A DNA stretch of 64,000 nt from a virus: positions 64,001-128,000 of the IMG/VR virus record IMGVR_UViG_3300037042_003932, one strand, 5' to 3'. Shown here piece after piece: positions 21,101 through 30,900 of the stretch. Each line of letters begins with the position of its first letter. Positions within the stretch are counted from its first letter, which is position 1. The notes below the pieces were generated by a model. It was given only the letters and a program-made list of their open reading frames with translations, ran no database searches and was not told the DNA's origin. The position numbers and the translations under genes are program-made.

Positions 21101-22132
21101 AACCGTGACGTACGCCACCTTGTTGTACTCGTTGACCATCGACACAATTGGAATACCGCCGTTCTCTTCACGAGTTCGCGTAGAGTTCCACGTGTGCCAA
21201 TGCGGGACATACCTACTTCGGAAGTAGTTGACGAAGAGATCAGGGTCTCCGTCCTCTTGAACTCTTTTTGCCTGTGTCGCTTTCAGATATCTGTAAATTA
21301 TGTAGTCGGCCCAGCACGTGAACCAATCGTACTCGTCAATCTCTCGGAAGGTCCTGTCCCTACTCTGGTACCGCGCCCCATCACCCGCTGTGGAGTGCTG
21401 GTCCATGAGAAACGCTACCGGAGTGGGTTGTCCTCCGTTACCTGTGGTACGCCAGGTGTACATCGCCTGAGCCTCAGGGCAGTCAAGAGGAACTGCACCT
21501 TTGGACTCATTCGCAGTAGGTGTGAACTCATCCCAGTACCAAGGCCACACACGGTTCAGGTTGATGTACTTGTCCACACCGCTAGGGTGTGGTCCCAACT
21601 TCCGGATATCACGAGTACCAAAATAGAAACCATCCGGATTACAGCATGGCATGAAGAAGAGAGTGAAATCGTTACGAAGCTTCTCGAAGTCAGGATGCGT
21701 AAGGAGGATCTCCATCGCCTTGAGCGATCCTGGAAGACCATCAGATTCATTACCGTGGATCATACAATCAATAACAAAATGTTTACGATCTGCTGGACCC
21801 AACCTTAAAGCTTCTAACGGTCTGCCTTCGTAACTCGAACCTAGAAGAATACGTTCGACGCTGGGGTTACACGCCTCTAACACGTCCATCCAATCAACAA
21901 GGTAATCTGTAGTGTTCCCTGGGATGTTAAAACACGCAGGGTCGTCGTTATACGCGGTAAAACCTTGTGTCGCTTCAAAGCGATGATATATGCGTACAGG
22001 TAACTGAGGTTCAAGAATAAAATTAGAAACTATGCGAGGTTCGTGGGCCTTTACCGCTTTCCCTGTAACCGGACACCACGCAACGGATGAGCGATAGAAC
22101 TCGGAGTCAGCAAACTTTAGGTACCGCGTCAT
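18140..22132 (-). CDS. M14 zinc carboxypeptidase + kelch-like propeller + ConA/lectin-like domain (1330 aa), probable virion enzyme
   Basis: GSSYEGRPL, IHGNE (HxxE), NPDG, NLNRVWP, DQHS and VNEY; kelch-like LYILGG, VVVGG, IWVYGGED and LLLGG; C-terminal ERFTRAD...GAFGI. Confidence 0.85.
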   Translation of the reverse strand: MTRYLKFADSEFYRSSVAWCPVTGKAVKAHEPRIVSNFILEPQLPVRIYHRFEATQGFTAYNDDPACFNIPGNTTDYLVDWMDVLEACNPSVERILLGSSYEGRPLEALRLGPADRKHFVIDCMIHGNESDGLPGSLKAMEILLTHPDFEKLRNDFTLFFMPCCNPDGFYFGTRDIRKLGPHPSGVDKYINLNRVWPWYWDEFTPTANESKGAVPLDCPEAQAMYTWRTTGNGGQPTPVAFLMDQHSTAGDGARYQSRDRTFREIDEYDWFTCWADYIIYRYLKATQAKRVQEDGDPDLFVNYFRSRYVPHWHTWNSTRTREENGGIPIVSMVNEYNKVAYVTVDTDPETYQSACNYTLDYALCCALVMQGDYCTPRDAVLVENTYGSPSINYFNNAGFTIWNEKAGPSTVESYRPSYWDKARSEMLESSREERHIDYQGRNIVINPTLKLEVPLESTVGPSDVHDVQVATDVTHMFVLASVSPTGDFYFSTWSGSTNLTITGADSVADTTQQLRFAGVTDTLSYRYVLLGTDLVGILLTYWNGGVKTTPATYASARMNAATAWDPANKKLYILGGEATTGVYSRTVLVVDTSGAGTITELGTNLLATADSGGEAVFCSGGSLDGMAVVVGGKEVHSSKLRVVIVNPATPVATEYLVTLTGSTLPRNLVSCALSYDGVDTIWVYGGEDPATGAVHPGVWTLQWSGSAWSVNDEQLLADAGDAGDPEDYGGTSYWNRLWSRWRAARSYYLDTGYSFTLLLGGVEEDASTGLPLPGPYTGGFLHDSTDGTLTKPENQNYAYSRTNVRFSVAGYTKVCTSWSAKAGPETTSGYIRINNAPGSTATGTLTTRRNRTYYMHPPRWWWREHAALDLAGGNPLDLEDEWRAYVRVYQDSQAVGWDAPMLNIGTLWPHSWVPEGTTMGSEEIQWDDCLDPRWMHVSMTMMPQASFLCKTDELLLVDVQCAGLVITNRFTLSFYNSGDDVARTYVRDQVHGIADPTIRLAIYDSERGTQTCEVPLFWGGYHKDTARARFDTPIIIDFWQHVSYGCGIIVNNAGAIGKAWIPGPINQSLWAAPADLRIKGGGWWAEPIVHEITDAWVVEYAAKQEPNGALLLGDRDATWGQVSQRSTFKYIERFTRADATNLGDFWDVITQTGDGWDIYSNAARCSEVGWERWDAYPYLRDVSILGDARVGYAGGRIGFFTRIHWATAGTGIAHGYLGTLYHISTGNTLLQIERVFDSAGTQGRTSLATIACPYTVGDTVELEFEAVGSTLTLIARSGETVLATCTTVDTNHIMPGAFGICGETTSSSRYVYLDSVRAEVRGTNKIRITD

Positions 22133-23490
22133 ATCTGTCCTCGCGCAATGGTCTTCATATAGGCTGAAAGAACCCGAGCATCTTTACGTTGTAAAATGTT
22201 ATTTCCCATCGCTACTTTCGACATGTAACAGTCTGCCGCAGTTGAACCTTCTCCGGTTGTAGAATCTGTTCCTATACGCAACTGTGCAGGAGTCACACCT
22301 CTAGGAAACCATCCAGTAACTGGGTTTGCGACACTGTCTAATTTTCGACCGTTAACATACAAAGATGCGTACTTAGACCCATTATTGATCTCCCAACACG
22401 CAACGATACCCATCGCCGCAAAACCATCCCAGTCGGAGAGACAATCGAGATACGCGTAGTACACGGGAACAGTGTCTCCGAGGATAACAATCAATCGATC
22501 ATTGCTATCGCTCATCGTGACTCTGATTCTTTGAAGGTCGCTATCAAGATTCAGAAGGTACGCTGATTTATAGGAGCCAACTCCCGCGTAATTCAAATGT
22601 CCTCGGGACACAGAGGGGTCAGGTAACACAACGCTCATAGCTAACCAACCAGACTGCTTTATAGCTATCTCGGCGTTAGTGCTCTTCAGGTACCATAAGC
22701 CACGGCTGTACGTCGTAGGACCAAGATCAATGGGGATAGGTGCCCGAGTGATATTCTCAAAAGAAGACCACTGAGAGTAGCTCATGGGGCAAGCCACGAA
22801 CCATCGCCCTGTTCCGGCGGTTACGTTAAGAGAAACGTACACCGGAGTGACCAAGGGAGCTGTTAGCATCACTGCCCACCAGCCACGAGAACCCGGCAGT
22901 TTACGCCACCAGGTACTCGCACTGGACGTACGCGTACCTGCAGTAACATTTATCCCTATGGTTACGACGCCTACCGGCGATGTTCCGTCTTCACTCTTAA
23001 TGAGAAACTGGTACACGCGAGTATACGCTGCGCTGTTGGAACACGATTTCTCGATGACAGCATCGTTAGCGTCGACCTCTGTATCTATTACTGTGACATC
23101 CCCCATGGTGGTACCCACCATGATGTCTGCTACGACACCTGTCTCCTGATACAAAGAGCCAACAGGTGTAGGTGCAACAACGTCAAAGGCAAGGTTCACA
23201 GCATTCCATGTAGCTGTCCAACGCTGTTCAACATACCCATCCGAAAAATATCCAGCCGTTCCAAAAACCTCTTCTGGGTTTGCTGCAGGCGTGACTACTT
23301 TGAAACGTTCATTCCCTGAATCCCATACAGAAAAAGCTTCAGTCGTTACGGTGGCGTCAGCATCAATCGTATCGAACTTAAGGTTACCATCGCCCTCAAT
23401 ACCCTTACCTACCGCTCTATTTCGAATAGGGTCCCAAACAAAAGTTGGGTTGAGTTGCGTTAAGAGAGCTCGTCCAGTTCCTGATATCAC
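22129..23490 (-). CDS. Structural protein with C-terminal LamG/ConA-like domain
   Basis: IVACWE..ASLYVNGRKL..LRIG..SKVAMGN is the LamG pattern. Confidence 0.6.
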   Translation of the reverse strand: MISGTGRALLTQLNPTFVWDPIRNRAVGKGIEGDGNLKFDTIDADATVTTEAFSVWDSGNERFKVVTPAANPEEVFGTAGYFSDGYVEQRWTATWNAVNLAFDVVAPTPVGSLYQETGVVADIMVGTTMGDVTVIDTEVDANDAVIEKSCSNSAAYTRVYQFLIKSEDGTSPVGVVTIGINVTAGTRTSSASTWWRKLPGSRGWWAVMLTAPLVTPVYVSLNVTAGTGRWFVACPMSYSQWSSFENITRAPIPIDLGPTTYSRGLWYLKSTNAEIAIKQSGWLAMSVVLPDPSVSRGHLNYAGVGSYKSAYLLNLDSDLQRIRVTMSDSNDRLIVILGDTVPVYYAYLDCLSDWDGFAAMGIVACWEINNGSKYASLYVNGRKLDSVANPVTGWFPRGVTPAQLRIGTDSTTGEGSTAADCYMSKVAMGNNILQRKDARVLSAYMKTIARGQI

Positions 23491-25103
23491 GGCGTCACCT
23501 GAGGAACAACGCCCATGCTGTACACCATAGCTTGGACATAGAAAGTGAGATCAGGGTCTCCTACAAGACCATCGTGCCTAACCTCGATAAAGATGGTGTT
23601 CTTCTTCGCGGGATTACCGTCCTTATTAATCCACGGAACCATCCACCATGATGTAACCGGGAGTACTCGAGTACCAATATCCCAGCTACCCGCGTCAACT
23701 AAGGCTTCTGATATGTTAATATACCCTGTGAGTCTACTACTGCACAGTGCATACTCTTTTCGGGAGTCATCTTCGAAGATCATCAAGCCCTCGTCTACTT
23801 CGATAAGATCATTCGACGCCACTTCCAAGTACGTCTGTGGAGACGTCATCGCTACGGTCAAAGCAGTCTGCCTAGCTATCCCAATTCCCTGCCACACAAG
23901 CTCTTTGCCTAGAGCACTACTCGTCTCGTAGACGCGAACACGAAAAGGAATTTCTGTGTCTGTCTTTGCCACAGGAAATCCCCAAGCTCGGAGCCAGAGA
24001 AGAACTCCTGAATTACCAGTCGCAGGTACCTCAAATAAGTACGTGGCTCCCACAGCCACAGCAGTGCTGTAGGTTGCGACAGGTTCATCTAGGACGTTGT
24101 CTACTAGTACCCAGGTACCCGGAGTACCTCCAGCGGTACAACGCCACTTGATGCCTGCAGAGTCTAGTATCTCAGCCCCTGTAGCGTATGTGCCTGTTAT
24201 TGGGTAACCGGCAGCTATCGTTGGGATGCACCCAACAGAGTCAAAGACTTTATTCGCAGCGATAGACTGTAACGTGGAGTCGTCAACGGCCCCATGAACA
24301 ACCGCCCCAAGGGCTGTACCAGCCACGTGTACCGGGGCTGTCTCGTCAGGGGAGATGACAAGTTTCCCCAACGAGAAAGCCAACCCACTCGTGGAAGACA
24401 GAGCTACCCGGGGTTTCCCGGTACCGTCGTCCTCGATACCGTCGCCATACGGAGTCGGGATGATCGTCGGGACTCCTCGGGGAGATGCTGTTACGGCGGA
24501 AAGTAGGAACGTCGCAGTCTGGTCAGCAGGCACACCACTACAGTACAAGGTGCAATAGAGCGACCCGGCTGTCTCAGCGTTGAAACCAAAAGAGTACGAT
24601 GACCTCTTCGTGGGAGATGCTAAATCAACGACATGCGTACATACACGAAGAGTCTTCGCTACGTCGTCATAGATCTCAACAGTCAGCTGTCCTACAGACG
24701 TCGTCGGTGTAACCGTTAAAAGGTATCCAATACCCTCAACGGTATACGCGTCTATCTCGGCCAAGACGAATTCAGTACCGTCCAGTAGAGTAACAGCATG
24801 AGCAACATAAGAAGTATCGTATGCCCCACTCCATTCACCGCCGAGTTCATCGAGGACCCAATGAGAATTAGTGATACCATCGATCAATGTGTAAAAGGCT
24901 CTAGTACCGTCTCCTCGGTCAAGAACACGAACAGGCATTCCAATACGCCGTCTATCCGACGTGATAGCATCTCGTTCGGTTAGAGTAGCTACCGTGCGCC
25001 AACCACCTCTGCCGTAAATCTCGTCGTGGACTGCATACGTGTCTTCACTGTCCGATGGGGCGATAAAGCCTGTGAAGCGAACTGATCCCGGAATAGCCGC
25101 CAT
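23487..25103 (-). CDS. Tail fibre/appendage protein
   Basis: GGWRTVATLTERDAITSDRRRIGM fibre module and WRCTAGGTPGTW module. Confidence 0.65.
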   Translation of the reverse strand: MAAIPGSVRFTGFIAPSDSEDTYAVHDEIYGRGGWRTVATLTERDAITSDRRRIGMPVRVLDRGDGTRAFYTLIDGITNSHWVLDELGGEWSGAYDTSYVAHAVTLLDGTEFVLAEIDAYTVEGIGYLLTVTPTTSVGQLTVEIYDDVAKTLRVCTHVVDLASPTKRSSYSFGFNAETAGSLYCTLYCSGVPADQTATFLLSAVTASPRGVPTIIPTPYGDGIEDDGTGKPRVALSSTSGLAFSLGKLVISPDETAPVHVAGTALGAVVHGAVDDSTLQSIAANKVFDSVGCIPTIAAGYPITGTYATGAEILDSAGIKWRCTAGGTPGTWVLVDNVLDEPVATYSTAVAVGATYLFEVPATGNSGVLLWLRAWGFPVAKTDTEIPFRVRVYETSSALGKELVWQGIGIARQTALTVAMTSPQTYLEVASNDLIEVDEGLMIFEDDSRKEYALCSSRLTGYINISEALVDAGSWDIGTRVLPVTSWWMVPWINKDGNPAKKNTIFIEVRHDGLVGDPDLTFYVQAMVYSMGVVPQVTP

Positions 25104-25112
25104 GGACTCCTC

Positions 25113-26069
25113 CTAAGAAACGACGATGTTGATGGCTGAGCCAATAATGTTGGTGGAACGATGAACTCGGTAGCTAGTCGTCTGTGAGAAACCATTGGTC
25201 ACGTTTACGGTGTAACTTGTCTCAAATGGGACATCAAGATTCGTGCTCGCATCTTTGAAAGTTGAAGCCGTTCCAAAAGATGCCGGGTAGCCTAGGTACT
25301 TATGGCCACCAGCGCTGAAAGCGTACGTGCCAGCAAAAGCATTAGACAAACCACCCACACGAAGAGTCTCAATATCCCCTTCAATGAGAGGGCCTGCATT
25401 TACCGATTCTCCATAGAACTTTTTCCACTGCCAAGTTACCGTGAATGTATTCGTGAAGGTACCTGAGTTAGTGTTAACACCGTTTATCCGAAACACATGG
25501 GTTGTAGCGCTTGTTTTGGTGATTAGGGAAGCGGGGTAACTGGTAACCTGTACCCCATCATTAGCCGTCCCACTTAGAATCGTGACATCACCACTAGTGA
25601 CGTCTACCAGGTCAATCGAATTGGTAGCGACGTTAGCGCTGTTCGAGGTGGTCCATACGAAAGTTCTATTCGTGGAGATTGAATCTCCGACCTCCAACAA
25701 TATAGATTGTCCCGAAATCGAAAACGCAGTGAACGCCGGGTACTGATACGGGTAGAGTAAGCCATCGAACATGGCCGACATTGTCGCAGCATCAAATGTG
25801 GACCCAGCAGGCCACCCACCTACCGCTGTGGGCATAGGCGTTGTGTTCGTGTAAGTGTCACCGCCGCCACCCCCACCGCCCATGGCCTGGACTATCGCGT
25901 TTATCAGGCTGACCGTTCCGAAGGAATCCACATAGTCTTCCCACTCGGTATCGGCAGAGCTCAATGGGATAGCAGCAAAATTGGAGGGGACGAGAGCCCC
26001 GTCAACCGCTTCCAACAAGTTACCATCTCGGAAAGTCTGGTTGCCTAGGGTTCTCGTCTCTCGAGACAT
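25113..26069 (-). CDS. Virion appendage protein
   Basis: Poly-Gly linker; LLYPYQYPAF..YLGYPASFG..YRVHRS; N-terminal motif shared with 39462..40361. Confidence 0.6.
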   Translation of the reverse strand: MSRETRTLGNQTFRDGNLLEAVDGALVPSNFAAIPLSSADTEWEDYVDSFGTVSLINAIVQAMGGGGGGGDTYTNTTPMPTAVGGWPAGSTFDAATMSAMFDGLLYPYQYPAFTAFSISGQSILLEVGDSISTNRTFVWTTSNSANVATNSIDLVDVTSGDVTILSGTANDGVQVTSYPASLITKTSATTHVFRINGVNTNSGTFTNTFTVTWQWKKFYGESVNAGPLIEGDIETLRVGGLSNAFAGTYAFSAGGHKYLGYPASFGTASTFKDASTNLDVPFETSYTVNVTNGFSQTTSYRVHRSTNIIGSAINIVVS

Positions 26070-26071
26070 AT

Positions 26072-26587
26072 TTACTCCTTCAGGATGCCACAGCGTAACA
26101 GCATAAGCATAGTCCTGCCGTCAAATACGCTTTCGTCAGAATCGCTCCTAATTTTAGTATTTTCTACGCTGATGGTGTACGGCTCAAAATCGTGGTCTTC
26201 CTGTAGGAGTTCCTGCTCCTTTTTGGCCAACGCCTTCCTGTCTTCTTGCGCCTGGGGATGTTCTTCAACGAGAATTTTCATATCAGCGCGAAAAGCATCC
26301 ATATCTGCAATCGTGTACGCTCGTCCTCCTGGTTGTTGAGGGTCCGCGTGCGTCATAGGGTTACCATTCTCATCCTGTTGCGCGTGTCTCTCTGCTACAC
26401 TTTTTCTCGCGACCTCATAAATCGCCATAGCAGGAGACTCATGCAGCAGACTCTGCATGAGCTTAGCGTGTTCCAAAATTCCATGGAGGTTTTTCGCCGC
26501 CATCCACGCTACTTTTAAATTGTTGCTGTTCAGCGAAGGAGTCAATACGGTACGGAGTTCCAGCAGTTCATGGTTTTTCAACTTCAT
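26072..26587 (-). CDS. DUF1617-like phage protein (often beside tail fibres)
   Basis: MKLKNHEL..KVAWMAAKN..HAQQDENGNP..F..DM pattern; RBS GAGG. Confidence 0.55.
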   Translation of the reverse strand: MKLKNHELLELRTVLTPSLNSNNLKVAWMAAKNLHGILEHAKLMQSLLHESPAMAIYEVARKSVAERHAQQDENGNPMTHADPQQPGGRAYTIADMDAFRADMKILVEEHPQAQEDRKALAKKEQELLQEDHDFEPYTISVENTKIRSDSDESVFDGRTMLMLLRCGILKE

Positions 26588-26621
26588 TTTTGGTCCTCTA
26601 TGCGTGTGTGATTTCTAAAGT

Positions 26622-26650
26622 ACCTTATGACTTTTTGGGGGATTACGCAA
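26622..26650 (-). promoter_or_regulatory. Putative sigma70-type internal promoter
   Basis: On the - strand: TTGCGT-N17-TAAGGT upstream of the 26587 start. Confidence 0.4.
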
Positions 26651-26681
26651 TGGTCGTTAGCTATAACAGGGGAAGCGTTCG

Positions 26682-27701
26682 TTAACCGACGATTATCGGT
26701 GAGGGCTTGTACACAGAAGTAGCTGCGGGAGTATACGTAATGACTAACTTCGGGTCAGAAGCTGTACCTGTGTAATCCACCCATCGGACTCCTACAGCCA
26801 AATCAGCGTCCGCTTTCCATGTGATACCCGTCCCCGAGATATCAGACCCGATACGAACACCTAAAACGCTTATTCCCGTTTTGCTTAGAGCCGCTATGCC
26901 CGTAGCATCAAGGGTAAAAGTCTTATAGCCATTTGAAACTACGTAGTCAGCATACGACTTCGTTACGAAAACCGTAGTCCCAAACGAATTGAAATCAGTC
27001 GTCGCAATATTACCAGGGTCTGCAGGCGTAAAAGCAACTACGTTCAGGCTACCATCCACGGTGTCGTACGTGTTTACGTGATACGTATCGGTCGAGTACA
27101 GATGCAGGATAGCCTCTGTTATCGTAGCACCAGCTCCTAGGGCAGCAGTATCAAAAGAAAAACCAGCACGTCTCACTGCGTAATACTCATCCGTATCAGC
27201 GTGGCATGTGATACGCGACAGAACACCCGCTGTGGTCGTATTGGACTTAGACGTTCCGCTACCTGTGCGTATGCTGGACAACGTAGTCCCTACAGTAACC
27301 ACCCGAGCAGCATAACCGTCACAAGTAGTTCCACCTTCACCGTCAGCAGGAGCGACCGTGAGTTCAGCCAATCCAAAAGAATGCTGTGGCAGCAAGCGAT
27401 CTACTACGAGCCAGTCTAAGAAATGCAAAAACCACCAATAAAAGAACAACGAATAGTAGATACGTTTTGCGTACTTCGAGTGACTTCTAAAATCAGCCCG
27501 GTACACGTTGTCGCCCAGGGTTACTACGTAATGTTTGGGAGTTATCTCAACGAGGTGCTCAGGAGCGTCAATCCTGAGAGCGTGCCTGGAAATCTTTCGT
27601 TTAAGCCACGAGCCATTCAACCAGGATAACAAAGTGCCCTGGTGTTTTTGAAACCAATCGTCGTTAAATACCTTCCAAGGGCCACTATGCAATTGTGCCA
27701 T
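26682..27701 (-). CDS. Hypothetical protein with aromatic N-terminal segment and DNRLRE-like beta-sandwich
   Basis: RAGFSFDTAAL..ITEAILHLY..DPKLVITY; start moved to ATG 27701, which has an RBS GAGG. Confidence 0.6.
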   Translation of the reverse strand: MAQLHSGPWKVFNDDWFQKHQGTLLSWLNGSWLKRKISRHALRIDAPEHLVEITPKHYVVTLGDNVYRADFRSHSKYAKRIYYSLFFYWWFLHFLDWLVVDRLLPQHSFGLAELTVAPADGEGGTTCDGYAARVVTVGTTLSSIRTGSGTSKSNTTTAGVLSRITCHADTDEYYAVRRAGFSFDTAALGAGATITEAILHLYSTDTYHVNTYDTVDGSLNVVAFTPADPGNIATTDFNSFGTTVFVTKSYADYVVSNGYKTFTLDATGIAALSKTGISVLGVRIGSDISGTGITWKADADLAVGVRWVDYTGTASDPKLVITYTPAATSVYKPSPIIVG

Positions 27702-27900
27702 TACGGACATCCTCAACAATCTGGTCTACTTTTTCTTTTGAATCTATCCCTGTGAAAGCATACTGAATACTACCGTGTGGTACCAGTCCCTTGGTATCAG
27801 ACTGTTTGATGACGCCTCGGGTAAAAACCTGAATGAAAAGCATGTCATCGTGCCAATGGTACCAACGTATTTTACGTACTATAGCTATCTCAGGTTTCAT
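27685..27900 (-). CDS. Small hypothetical protein
   Basis: TGATG coupling with the upstream fibre gene. Confidence 0.5.
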   Translation of the reverse strand: MKPEIAIVRKIRWYHWHDDMLFIQVFTRGVIKQSDTKGLVPHGSIQYAFTGIDSKEKVDQIVEDVRNGTIA

Positions 27901-30900
27901 CAGTCAGTCCAACTATTTACGGTGTATTCCAAACGTAGACCCAGAACGTACGCGTCTAACGATGTGGTGTCATGCGCAGTGTCTGTGGGGTCTCTCTGCA
28001 ACTTAAGAACCAGCAGCTTTCCACCAGCAGGAGTCCCACTCGGAGTAACACCTGTACTCCACGTGCCTATCTTAAGATCTTCAGCGGTGTCACCAACAAC
28101 AGTCTCCAACTCTTGAACTGTTCCCATGGTGAGATCAAGAGGGTTTCCGTCCGTTGCACAACCAGCAGATAACGAGAACAAGAAGTTATTAGTGCTGTCT
28201 GTGGCCACATTCATATACGTGATCTTGGCGTTAATAACGCCACCATCGTATGAGTCAGGGAGCAAGAACGACCACCAGGCTATACAAACACCTGCGTGAG
28301 CAAATTTAAGAACGTCAAGAACCTGTTTATTAGTGGTCAGCTCTCGCGTCTCTCGCGTCGCGGGGGTTGTGGTACCAAGAGCTGCTGACGCCGCAGGGAG
28401 AATTATCGACTTCGCTGGGTAAGCAGTTAAACCGGTTCCACCTACAGACACACCCAAAGAAGACCAACTCGTCACACCCGCGTCAGTAGACGTGAATACC
28501 TGCCCACTAACTGTAGGCATCGCTGTCGGCAGGGTGTACGTTGCATTCGCTGTCTGAGTTCCTGCTGTGAACGTTGTGTAATATGCATTGTCCCCAGCAG
28601 AGAACATCTTCAAATAACCAGCAGTGTTGCCAGTTGGAGTAGTTGCATCAAAACCTAAAACAACACCAGCAGGAATACTAACTAAGCCAACGTTAGAAAT
28701 AGTTAAGGCCGTGTTACTGATGCCCGTGTACGTATTCGACGTACCAAACATCATCTCTGTACCGACAGCCGTCCACTTAACGCCGATGCCTGCATTACCA
28801 CCAGCACCCCCATAAGAAGGAGTGCTGAACGTAATCTTCGTAACCGTATCCGCCGATGCGCTCGGACTAGAAATCGTTACCTGACCATTATTGCCGTCCT
28901 GGAAAACAGTTCTTGCTGCTGTGTCTCCACTTACACTCAGAAGGCTCAACGGATTCGTGGTGCCAATACCAAAGTTACCTGCGTGGTACGCTTTTGATGT
29001 ACCAGTAGAATAGATGGTCCAATGATTTGTGGGCTTCGTAAGCGTTGGGATGTACAGCGCATAAAAGTTGGTAACAACACCAACACCCGCGTAGTCATAA
29101 ACTCTGAACGCCGTAGAGGCTGTTACTGCTCCGCTTGTGGTAAGTACATACGTGAAACCAACGCTATCTGTGAGCGTCCCACCACCTGCGTACCGATGCC
29201 GAGACTGGAACGACACAATGTGGTTGTAAGTGATGTCCCCGTTAAGAACTGGAATAGAGTCAAACGACGCATACGCACCCGTATTCAGACTGGTAAACGT
29301 ACTCTCATCCCGGAATGCGTGTGAGAACAAATCTGTTCCGGCTACTGCGCGACAAATAAGCAAAGCCGAGTCATCACCGCTTGGGGCATTCGTTCCAAGG
29401 AACATACGTGGTAAACCAGAAGTAGCCGTCCCTGTTCCCGTATAAGCGTGAGCTGTGCTCAGACCCCAACCTGAACTCGTCTTAGGGCCTAAATCTCCCG
29501 TGCTGGCTGTTACGAGAAGAGGGAAGCTGCTTATGTCTGTAGCTTCAGCAGCCACGGTAATCGTGGTGGGCACCGCATGGGTGTGGAGGGTTGTTGCCCC
29601 GCCACCAGTCAACGCAGTGTGGTTAGCATCCGTAAGATGCTGATAGTTACCCCCTACCGCGTTGAGCCCCGACATGTTGTTGTGCAACGTAATGAGTGGC
29701 GTTCGGAAGTTACTCGCGTTCACCTCACCGTTGTGTACATAATAGATAATACGACTCGTGCTCGTTGAACGACCAAAAACAATCTCACCCAATCGGTCAC
29801 TACCATCAGCGGTTAAGGCGTGTACGCCCTGCACAGACTGCTTAGGTATCAACCCGTAATTCGTACTTAAATACGCAATGTTCCCGGTGTTGACTCCGAA
29901 TAGTCTCTTCCAAACCTTCCAATCGCCTGCCGGGATCGGCGTCGAGCTTCCCTCGTTGGTATACCCCACTAACGTTGTGACAGCGGCCACCTTAGCATCG
30001 CCACCTACAGCCCCCGTCGTTATAGGAAAGATGCCATCGGGCGTTTGGAGATAGCCACAAGTGCTAACGTCTGCTGTACCATCTCCTGCAGCAAAAGGAG
30101 TCCCTGTGCTAGCAGTTGCTGTACGCGTTGTGCCTGTACTGGACATTACCAGCGTACCGACACCTTGAATCACACGATACACGTTTCTATCTATCTGGGG
30201 AGTGCCACTCGCGCCATTTACTGAGCAATAAGTATTTACCGTCCACGTCCCAGCATCAAGCTGGGTGCGACCAAGCGCTGAGTTGTAAAGGTAACACTCA
30301 ATTATTTTTGGGGAAGTCGTTGTTGTCGTAGCTTCAACTACTTGAGGCTGCTCAGCAATAGTACGCGGAATCTTCAACAATGCCTCAACGGCATAAGCGC
30401 TCTGCCCCGGTCCCGTGCTAATAATCGAGGCATCGTCCGCAAAAAAATCAATACCAGCAGACCCAGATACTGTGACGCCAGTCCGCGATATCCAGTTCAT
30501 ACCATTCCAGACCAACTGGTCATCTATAGCTGGAGAAGGGGCACTCACGTCAGACAGATCGTTTATGCGGTACCCCTGGTAAATACGGATGTTCACCCTC
30601 CCCACAGTAGCCGACTTCGTAATGAGTCGTCCGACGCGGATCTCCAGGTTTGGTGAATCAGGAACCCCAACCCTCAACTTACCCGGCACTGCCGCCGATA
30701 GGTAGAGAACATCTCCCGCAGTCGTAGCTACGCCACCTCCAAAGGGAAGCACACTAGCAACGATCACATTGCCCGCTGTCTCCACGTGGACCTGAATATA
30801 CGCCGAGGGCGTGGTAGTGTTGATGAGGGTCGCAACCTGCGCCCGCGTCGGCGTCGTGCCGCCGAGGTCCACAATGATGGCCCCGCCAACCTCGGTATAG

